A stretch of DNA of 64,000 nt from Bacteroidota bacterium (GTDB lineage Bacteria > Bacteroidota > Bacteroidia > Bacteroidales > CG2-30-32-10): contig JACAAW010000005.1 in the NCBI GenBank assembly GCA_013377115.1, positions 1,744-65,743 of the forward strand. The letters are read 5' to 3'. The position numbers and the translations under genes are program-made. The notes beneath the pieces were generated by a model, which was not told the DNA's origin, ran no database searches, and was given only the letters and a program-made list of their open reading frames with translations. Below, piece by piece: positions 44,491 through 52,230 of the stretch. Position 1 is the stretch's first letter. Every line of letters starts with the position of its first letter.

Positions 44491-46161
44491 TTAAACCATT
44501 TTCTGGAGAAATTCAACCAAGTTTTCATCCGTAGAAATGTCCATTTTTTTACGCATTCTGTAGCGAGCCATCATCACTGCATTTTCAGAAATATTGTGAA
44601 GACTGGCGATTTCTTTTGATGAAAAATTAAGTTTTAGTAAAACGCACAGTCTTTTTTCCTTTTCAGTAAGGTCAGGATATTTATTTGAGAGTTTTATTAA
44701 GAAGGTTGCATGCATCTGATCAATACGATTTTGTAATTTTTCAAGGTCTTTATTTTTTCGCAGTGATTGAGTGATTTTAATTGAAATCAATTTTATTTTT
44801 GATTGATTTTGTGTGTCAGAGGTTTTCTTTAATTCTACAACATCCGATTTTATTTGTTCCAGAAATTCATTTTTTTGCATTATATACAATGCAATGTTTT
44901 CCAGTTCTTTTTGTTTAAAGGTCAGGTTCTGTTCTAGTTGTTGTTGCTCCAGTTTGCTGTTTTTTAACTTGCTTTCACTAAGCTTTTTACGGGAGCGAAG
45001 CCTAAAAACATAAAGGATGATCAGTAATAAACCAATTGTTAAAAGACCAATAAGAATGTAAATTTTATAGACTTTTAGTTGGTTTTCTTTTTGCATCAGA
45101 GCAATTTCATTCAGATTTTCAACTTCAACCTTTTGAAGTTCATATTGCATTTGTAATTCCGTCATATGACTCTTTTGATCGGAAATAAAAATCGTATCTT
45201 TTACTGCTGAGCATAGTTTAAAATATAATAAGGAGTTTGCGATATCCTTTTTACTTTCATAAATCTCGCTTAAAGTTTGGTAGGAGTCTCGAAGAAACAC
45301 TAAATTATTGTTCGCTTTAAAATATTTTACAGCCTTATCTAAAGAATCAATTGCTGCTTTGGTATTATTTAATTTATTCTCAACAATGGACTGATTGTAA
45401 ACCGCATACCAATAGCCCCTTTCGTCATGATTTTTGTTAAATTCTACTATTGCTTGTTGAAAGAAAGATTCTGCTTTATCGTAAACATTAAGTTCTTTAT
45501 ACAAATCTCCGAGATTCACTAAAATGTTTCCTGTGTGTTTTTTTATATTGTACTTTTTAGCGTTTGCGAGTGCTTTATGGTAATAATAAAAAGCACTATC
45601 TATCAATCCAATATTTTTATAGGAACCACCAATATCAATATAATTAACGATAAGATATTCTTTATTGGCAGTATTGTCTTGTTCGAAATATTTCATTGCA
45701 TTTATTAGAAAGGGGATGCCTTTTCGATCCTCTTCTGCTCCAATATATGTAATACCAATATTTTGAATTAACCCGTAATAATGTGCATCTTTTTTATTCT
45801 GTTTATCCAGAATTTTAATGGCATCCAGACAGTATTTTAAAGATTGCTTAAAATCATTGATGAAAAAATACAAATCACTTAAAGATTCTAATGCTTTACA
45901 GTATTTATCCTGGTTATTTAGTTCAAGATAAATTTCAGCAGCCTTTTTTTGATAAACAATTGCTTTGATGAGACTATCATTCTGATAATAGGTTGCTGAA
46001 ATTTTTATGAAAAGGTCTGCTCTTAAAATGGAACCTTCTTCTGTTTTTTCAACTTTTGATTTTAAGGAATTAATTTTAATTGCAAGACTATCCGCAGCCC
46101 AAATCACTTGTGGGAGTATAATAGATAGAAAAAAACATAAAAATAATCCTTTCGATTTCAT
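44491..46161 (-). CDS. transmembrane one-component regulator: signal peptide, TPR-like repeats, one TM helix, LuxR-type HTH; no receiver domain
   Basis: 556 aa. The signal peptide ends at VIWA. About 340 aa are helical-repeat sequence with TPR-like periodicity. The TM helix YKIYILIGLLTIGLLLIILYVF is followed by RLRSRKK. The C-terminus reads LTEKEKRLCVLLKLNFSSKEIASLHNISENAVMMARYRMRKKM. Confidence 0.8.
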   Translation of the reverse strand: MKSKGLFLCFFLSIILPQVIWAADSLAIKINSLKSKVEKTEEGSILRADLFIKISATYYQNDSLIKAIVYQKKAAEIYLELNNQDKYCKALESLSDLYFFINDFKQSLKYCLDAIKILDKQNKKDAHYYGLIQNIGITYIGAEEDRKGIPFLINAMKYFEQDNTANKEYLIVNYIDIGGSYKNIGLIDSAFYYYHKALANAKKYNIKKHTGNILVNLGDLYKELNVYDKAESFFQQAIVEFNKNHDERGYWYAVYNQSIVENKLNNTKAAIDSLDKAVKYFKANNNLVFLRDSYQTLSEIYESKKDIANSLLYFKLCSAVKDTIFISDQKSHMTELQMQYELQKVEVENLNEIALMQKENQLKVYKIYILIGLLTIGLLLIILYVFRLRSRKKLSESKLKNSKLEQQQLEQNLTFKQKELENIALYIMQKNEFLEQIKSDVVELKKTSDTQNQSKIKLISIKITQSLRKNKDLEKLQNRIDQMHATFLIKLSNKYPDLTEKEKRLCVLLKLNFSSKEIASLHNISENAVMMARYRMRKKMDISTDENLVEFLQKMV

Positions 46162-46197
46162 TGTGGCTGATTATAAAATGGAAAAAGTCATGTAGAA

Positions 46198-46254
46198 AAT
46201 TTTCGCATGATGCAAAACTAAGAGTTTTTAATCATTAAATGAAATGCGAAAATT
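46198..46254. repeat. perfect 11-bp inverted repeat (AATTTTCGCAT / ATGCGAAAATT) with a 35-nt spacer
   Basis: The arms are at 46198-46208 and 46244-46254. It lies between the queD stop and the TPR-LuxR start and encloses the candidate -7 box at 46213-46220. It may be a queD terminator or an operator. Confidence 0.5.
46213..46220 (-). promoter_or_regulatory. -7 box (TAnnTTTG) for the TPR-LuxR regulator gene
   Basis: Plus strand CAAAACTA is TAGTTTTG on the minus strand, 52 nt upstream of the ATG at 46161. Confidence 0.4.
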
Positions 46255-46288
46255 GAGAAAGCAAAAAGCACATTAATTGCTTGAAAAT

Positions 46289-46738
46289 CTATTGATTGTC
46301 TTCAGCAAACCATTCTGCAAATGAAGAACCAGTTTCTCTTAACATCAAACTGTGTAATTCAACCCCAACTGGTAGCTTATTTATTAATCTTTCAGAAAAG
46401 TCAATCAACATATTTTCGCAAGTTGGTTGATAATCTAAGAAAACAACCTTGCTAAACATTAAATTTGTTTTGTCAATATCCTTATGTGGACTGTTCCCAT
46501 TAACCGCAAGGGCATGATCCAATTGATCAATAATTGTTGTTTTTACAATTGATTTTAAATCAGAATAGTCAAGCACCATTCCAAGTTTTGCTGATTGTTT
46601 ATCTAAGGAAGGTTCTCCAATTAAAGTAACAAGCAATTTGTAAGAATGTCCATGAATGTTTTTACATAGCCCATCATAGCCCCATAATGCATGAGCCATT
46701 TCAAAATGAAATTCTTTTGTAATGCGAATTTTTGTCAC
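46289..46738 (-). CDS. queD: 6-carboxy-5,6,7,8-tetrahydropterin synthase
   Basis: 149 aa with a GTG start. Contains FHFEMAHAL and CKNIHGHSYKL (zinc and catalytic motif). It starts 7 nt after the endonuclease I stop. Confidence 0.88.
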   Translation of the reverse strand: MTKIRITKEFHFEMAHALWGYDGLCKNIHGHSYKLLVTLIGEPSLDKQSAKLGMVLDYSDLKSIVKTTIIDQLDHALAVNGNSPHKDIDKTNLMFSKVVFLDYQPTCENMLIDFSERLINKLPVGVELHSLMLRETGSSFAEWFAEDNQ

Positions 46739-46745
46739 TCTTGAA

Positions 46746-47840
46746 TTATTGAATGATTAATTTTTTATTTGAGACAAAGTTTTTGCTGGATACATTGAGG
46801 AAGTAAATTCCTTTATTTAAAACTTCTACGTTTAATTCTGTTTCAATGTTGCCAGTTGTTTTCTCTATGGTTTTTTCAATAATACATTTTCCTTCTATAT
46901 TGAATAATTTGAGTGTAAAAGAACCTTTTTCAGGTGACCAAATATTTACTTTGGTATTCTTAATGGTGCATGGATTTGGAAAAACAGAGATAGTATTAAA
47001 ATCAGAAATATGTGTCATTCCTGCCGTCAAAAAACTTCCCCAAATTGAATCAGCCCATTCTGGATGATCAATAAATGGATTTCGGTTATTTTGTTTTCCA
47101 TAAACTGCATTATTCCTATTTATTTCTTTTGTGCTAACTGGGTCAAGATGACTCCATTCTAAGTATTGGCAAATTGCCCACGGCATTGGTTCGGCCCCAA
47201 TATTCATTCCGTTAGAGCTCCAACCAGCATCTTCAGTATAATACCTTGTGGCAATATAGAAATAAGTTCTAGCAAAATCACCTTTAAAGTCATCGATTGG
47301 TTCAAAAGCTGTTCCCGAAAAGTTATACCAACCATCTGGGCTGACATAATTACTTATTCCAAGTTTGCTGCCATTTAATGAGGTCCATGATGCAGTACCA
47401 ACATTTGCCAATGGAAAATTACTTCTCTGACCATTTACTTTCCCATCTGTTGGATAAACCTGAAACAAATCAGAATAAATAGAACCAGTGCTATTAAATA
47501 AGCTTTGAGGAAAAGAATGTTCTCTATTATAGCAATCACCTTCAACGGAATAACTTCCGCATTGGTCTGTTCCAAAAGTAAAATTATACGGTGGCGTTCC
47601 ACTTGGAATATCGGAATACATATCCCATACATAACCATTTGCTTTTTTATCTGTTGTTGAATAGGCAGTCCAGAGACCAGCATAACTAACAACCGTGTGG
47701 TTTTTTATAATGTTGTGTAAAGCTGCTTTTAATGGGGTTCCAACCAATCCTGCTGCTGAATCATAATAACCTGCTGGTATTTGAGCAAATAAACCAGAAA
47801 AGAGAAAAACAAATAAAACAGAAATAATAAATTTTTTCAT
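46746..47840 (-). CDS. secreted endonuclease I family nuclease with a T9SS type A sorting domain
   Basis: 364 aa with a signal peptide. Contains YNREHSFPQS, GKVNGQRSNFP and NRNPFIDHPEW. The tail reads ISVFPNPCT...LNKGIYFLNV. Confidence 0.85.
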   Translation of the reverse strand: MKKFIISVLFVFLFSGLFAQIPAGYYDSAAGLVGTPLKAALHNIIKNHTVVSYAGLWTAYSTTDKKANGYVWDMYSDIPSGTPPYNFTFGTDQCGSYSVEGDCYNREHSFPQSLFNSTGSIYSDLFQVYPTDGKVNGQRSNFPLANVGTASWTSLNGSKLGISNYVSPDGWYNFSGTAFEPIDDFKGDFARTYFYIATRYYTEDAGWSSNGMNIGAEPMPWAICQYLEWSHLDPVSTKEINRNNAVYGKQNNRNPFIDHPEWADSIWGSFLTAGMTHISDFNTISVFPNPCTIKNTKVNIWSPEKGSFTLKLFNIEGKCIIEKTIEKTTGNIETELNVEVLNKGIYFLNVSSKNFVSNKKLIIQ

Positions 47841-47869
47841 AATAAAATCTCCTAAAACTTATAGAACCG

Positions 47870-47877
47870 CAAAATTA
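47870..47877 (-). promoter_or_regulatory. -7 box (TAnnTTTG) for the endonuclease I-queD pair
   Basis: Plus strand CAAAATTA is TAATTTTG on the minus strand, 30 nt upstream of the ATG at 47840. Confidence 0.45.
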
Positions 47878-48184
47878 AACAAATATTATCCGTTTTACAA
47901 CTGATAAATTTTAATGATCAAAAAAATAAAATAAAATTTGAATCCTTTTAGATTTTACTTTTCAAAATTGGTCTATAAAATGCAGAATTTCTATTATTAA
48001 ATTTTTTCCATAAAGGAATAAATATTATTTTTGTAAACTTTTCTAAAACAATTTAATATTGATTTTTTAATAAAAAGTTTTTTTGGGAAAGATTATTTAC
48101 ATCAAAACATAATTTTTTTTCTTGAAATAAAAATACGAACATTTTATCATTAAAATTTTCAAAATAAAACCCTCAAACACACAA

Positions 48185-51100
48185 ATGAAAAAAATTCACC
48201 TTTTATCTATTTACCTATTTGGGTTGGCAATAATACCCATGGAAATTTATTCACAAAGTAAGCCATCTATTGACGAAATAAATGTTGAAGCAATTTCAAC
48301 ACAAGCTTTGATGAAAAACTTTAAACAAACCGAGGCTTGTTTTACGAATGCTTATAATCTTTATCCAGATTTGCCAAGAGGAATTTTAGAAGCAGTGTCA
48401 TATCATTATACCCATTTTGTGAACATTACATCCTCCACTCAGGAAAGTTGTATTGGATTACCCCGGGTTTATGGTGTTATGGGATTGACATTAGATGGTA
48501 AAGGATATTTCAACAATAACTTACAACTTGTGTCCAAGTTATCTGGATTTTCTGAAAAGGAGATTATTGAAGATCCAAAAATAAATGTAATTGCTTTTGC
48601 CGCAGCTATAGAAATTTTAAAAAGTCAAATGAATATTTCTGAGAATTCTCCAGAAAAATTGATTCCACTTTTAAGAAAACTCAGTGAATTAAATACTGAT
48701 GGGGAAAATATCGTTAAGGATTATTCCATGAATTTATATTTATATGGAATTCTTGCTTTTATGAATAATTCTGAAAATCAAAAGCTGTTTAATTTTCCTG
48801 CTTATAATATTAATTTAAATTCGGTTTTTGGGGATGATAACGTAAATGTATATTCCTCAAATAAAATTAATCTAAATAATAATATTGTTTCCAATAATAA
48901 TGGTCAGGTCTATTCGCCTTCAAAAGTAGCTTGTCCTGATTACCCTTTTTCAAATTGTTCTTGGGTTTCTACCACAAATCATTATTCAGGAAGAAATGGT
49001 CATACTTTGTCAGCAATTGCAATTCACACAGTTCAAGGAAGTTATACCTCCTGCATCAATTGGTTTCAAAATACTTCAGCAAGTGCTTCAACACAATACG
49101 TTGTTGCATCTAATTCTTCTTATGCTGGACAGGTCACTCAAATGGTACTTGAATCTGATGCAGCTTGGCACGTTACAACTGAGAATTGGTATACTGTTGG
49201 CTATGAGCATGAAGGTTTTGTTGATGATCCTTCTTGGTACACCAATACAATGTACACCACCTCTGCAGCCTTAACCAGAGATATTTGTGCAGATAATAAT
49301 ATTGATCCCTTGCGAACTTTTTTCAGAGATACTTTAGACAATGGCACCGCAATGGATTTTGGGCTTCATAATTTAGGAGCAGAAGGAAGTTGTATTAAGA
49401 TAAAAGGTCATCAACATTTTCCAAGTCAGAGCCATACAGATCCAGGACCAAACTGGAATTGGAATTATTATTACAAACTCATCAATAATAATCCAACTAT
49501 AAATACAATTGCTTCAACCACGGGTAATTTTTATGATTCAGGTGGTTTAGCTGCAAATTATGGAAATGACGAACGGACATTAACTTTGATTCAACCTCCA
49601 GCAGCAGCATCAATTACATTAACCTTTACAAGTTTTAATGTTGAAGCTGATTATGATTTTATGTATATATATAATGGACCAACGACTTCTTCGCAATTAA
49701 TTGGGCGTTTCAATACATTGAGTCCTGGAACAATTACTTCAACTGGCGGTTCTTTGTTGATTGAATTTCGATCAGATTGTGCAACAACTGGAACTGGATG
49801 GATTGCAACTTGGACAACTGCTGGTGCTGATGCCATTGCGCCAACAACCGCAATTGTAAACCAAAATAATTGGGTGAGTTCGCCATTTGATGTTTCATTT
49901 ACTGATGTTGATAATGTGGGTGGAAGTGGCGTCGAAAAATCCTTTTATCAAGTGATGGATTATAATGGAACAGAATGGCGAGCCAATAAATCAAATGGTT
50001 TTTTTAACGATAATTTTAATTCAGCGATTCATTCAGATTGGACCATTACTCCAGGATCATCTGCAATGGCAAATTGGTCGATTTCATCAGGGCATTTGTT
50101 GCAAAGTAATGATACTGTTGCAAATTCAAATATTTATACTCAAGTAATTCAGGATAGTACTCACGAATATCTTTACCAATGGAGTGGATATATTAATGGA
50201 ACAAGCACAACCGCCAGAAGGTGGGGAATGCATATTTTTTCCGACAATCCTACCCTTCCAAACAGGGGGAATAGTTATTTAATCTGGTTTAGGGCTGATG
50301 CAAATTCTCTTCAAATTTATGAAACGATAGGAGATGTCTTAAATACACGACTTGATGTTCCACTTGCAACAGATCCATTAATATGGTACGACTTTAAGGT
50401 AACATACAGTCCAATAACAGGAGTAATAAAAGTCTATCTTAATGATGCTTTGGTTGGAAGTTGGACAGATACCACGCCATTAAAAACTGGAAATTATATT
50501 TCTTTAAGAAATGGCAGTTCAGCAGCTCAATTTGATGATGTAAAAGTTAGGAAATCAAGAGGTTCATTGGTTAATGTTTCTGTTGGAGCTGGAGCAACGA
50601 ATGATGTTAGATTTCAAAGTCCTAATTCTAGTCAAGAAGCATGCAGAATAAATACAATTGTAAAAGATGTTTCAGGAAATTGGTCAACTCAAGTTGCCAA
50701 TAACACAAAAGTTGATTGGGTTGCACCAACAACCACAGCCAATTCTCCTGGGATTTGGAAAACAGCTGACTTTACTGCAACCTATACTGATAATGATAAT
50801 TTGAGTGGCATTGAAAAAAGTTATTACCAAGTAATTGAAAACAACGGAACTGATTGGGTTGCCAATAATAATCGTGGTTTTTTTATTGATAATTTCGACA
50901 ATGCTGCGCTTCCGTTCTGGACAGATAGTGCTGGTACTTGGGGTGTTACGTCAGGGGCCTTGGTTCAAACTGATGAATTAGAGAATAATTCAAATATTTT
51001 TGCAGCTGTAAATCAAACATTGTCAAATAGATATCTGTATCATTTTAATGCTAAGGTAGAAGGAACGGGAACAAATAGGCGTTTTGGATTTCATTTTTTC

Positions 51101-52195
51101 TGTGATGATGCAAGTTTCCCAAACAGAAATAATTCTTATTTTATTTGGTTTAGGGTTGAATCTCAAAAATTGGAGTTCTATAAAGTAGCGAATGATATTT
51201 TTACCCAAACAAAAGTAATAGAGAATGTTGTGACAAATTCAGGACAGTTTTATGATTTCAAAATTGTTTTTGACAGAATTACTGGAAAGATGGATGTTTA
51301 TAGAGATGAAAAGCTTATAGGTACTTGGACTGATCCAACTCCTAATTTTACTCAAGGAAACTATATTTCTTTCAGAACTGGAAATAGTAAAATGACCATA
51401 AATGATATGAATGTATTTAGATCAAGAGCATTGTCAACATTGGTTGGAGTTGGAAATAATGCTTCAAAGGAAATTCGATTTGAGAATCCTAGCCCGGGTA
51501 TTTTTGGAGCAAAAATTAAATCTATAGTCATTGATACTGCCAATAACTTGTCATCAATTAATGCGCATGATTTGAATATTGATTTTTCTAATCCTGATAC
51601 TGTTATTACATTGAATGATGGAATTTCTATTGATATTGATACCACATTTACGGCTAGCTCATTATCAGCAAATTGGTCAACGGCTTTTGATGGAAATTCT
51701 GGAATTACAAAATACTGGTATTCCATTGGAACATCAATAGGAGGAAGTGATATTGTTGGTTGGACGGATAATGGAACATCAACAAATGTAACAGCAGGAG
51801 GTCTCAATTTAGTCCATTTACAAAAATACTTTGTAAATATTAAATCTGAAAATGGAGCTGGTCTTCAGTCAATCGTTCAATCTTCAGATGGTCAAATTTA
51901 TTTTGATCCATTTATTGGTATTGCTGAAGTTCAAAATGAAAATACGTTCTCTGTTTCTCCAAATCCATTTAGTGGTAATACAATCGTTTCTTATTCTTTA
52001 CTGAATTCAGAAAAAGTAATCATAAGTATTGTGGATGTTTTAGGACAAGAAATTCAGCTTTCAAATAAAATGGAATCATCTGGAAAACATTCATTGGTAG
52101 TTGATCCAACCAAATTAAATCTCTCGGGAGGAATCTATTTTATTAAATTACTGACAGATACTGATGAGAAAACGATTAAAATTTTAGAATATTAA
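48185..52195 (+). CDS. secreted N-acetylmuramoyl-L-alanine amidase (Amidase_2/PGRP-type) fused to a CUB-like domain, two lectin-like modules and a T9SS type A tail
   Basis: 1336 aa with a signal peptide. The amidase region is SAIAIHTVQGSY...STQYVV...AWHV...YTVGYEHEG...GHQHFPSQSHTDPGPNWNW. The CUB-like segment is NFYDSGGLAANYGNDE...YDFMYIYNG...GWIATW. Modules lie at 49824-50710 and 50711-51596. The tail reads FSVSPNPFSGNTIV...LSGGIYFIKL. Confidence 0.85.
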   Translation: MKKIHLLSIYLFGLAIIPMEIYSQSKPSIDEINVEAISTQALMKNFKQTEACFTNAYNLYPDLPRGILEAVSYHYTHFVNITSSTQESCIGLPRVYGVMGLTLDGKGYFNNNLQLVSKLSGFSEKEIIEDPKINVIAFAAAIEILKSQMNISENSPEKLIPLLRKLSELNTDGENIVKDYSMNLYLYGILAFMNNSENQKLFNFPAYNINLNSVFGDDNVNVYSSNKINLNNNIVSNNNGQVYSPSKVACPDYPFSNCSWVSTTNHYSGRNGHTLSAIAIHTVQGSYTSCINWFQNTSASASTQYVVASNSSYAGQVTQMVLESDAAWHVTTENWYTVGYEHEGFVDDPSWYTNTMYTTSAALTRDICADNNIDPLRTFFRDTLDNGTAMDFGLHNLGAEGSCIKIKGHQHFPSQSHTDPGPNWNWNYYYKLINNNPTINTIASTTGNFYDSGGLAANYGNDERTLTLIQPPAAASITLTFTSFNVEADYDFMYIYNGPTTSSQLIGRFNTLSPGTITSTGGSLLIEFRSDCATTGTGWIATWTTAGADAIAPTTAIVNQNNWVSSPFDVSFTDVDNVGGSGVEKSFYQVMDYNGTEWRANKSNGFFNDNFNSAIHSDWTITPGSSAMANWSISSGHLLQSNDTVANSNIYTQVIQDSTHEYLYQWSGYINGTSTTARRWGMHIFSDNPTLPNRGNSYLIWFRADANSLQIYETIGDVLNTRLDVPLATDPLIWYDFKVTYSPITGVIKVYLNDALVGSWTDTTPLKTGNYISLRNGSSAAQFDDVKVRKSRGSLVNVSVGAGATNDVRFQSPNSSQEACRINTIVKDVSGNWSTQVANNTKVDWVAPTTTANSPGIWKTADFTATYTDNDNLSGIEKSYYQVIENNGTDWVANNNRGFFIDNFDNAALPFWTDSAGTWGVTSGALVQTDELENNSNIFAAVNQTLSNRYLYHFNAKVEGTGTNRRFGFHFFCDDASFPNRNNSYFIWFRVESQKLEFYKVANDIFTQTKVIENVVTNSGQFYDFKIVFDRITGKMDVYRDEKLIGTWTDPTPNFTQGNYISFRTGNSKMTINDMNVFRSRALSTLVGVGNNASKEIRFENPSPGIFGAKIKSIVIDTANNLSSINAHDLNIDFSNPDTVITLNDGISIDIDTTFTASSLSANWSTAFDGNSGITKYWYSIGTSIGGSDIVGWTDNGTSTNVTAGGLNLVHLQKYFVNIKSENGAGLQSIVQSSDGQIYFDPFIGIAEVQNENTFSVSPNPFSGNTIVSYSLLNSEKVIISIVDVLGQEIQLSNKMESSGKHSLVVDPTKLNLSGGIYFIKLLTDTDEKTIKILEY

Positions 52196-52230
52196 TACAT
52201 AAAATTATGCATCATTTCACGAATTTAATA

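Noticed and set aside
46198-46254. An inverted repeat flanking a promoter-like box, considered as a phase-variable invertible promoter (inverton).
   Set aside because: The 35-nt spacer is far too short for recombinase-mediated inversion, and no invertase gene is nearby. It is more simply a terminator or operator hairpin.
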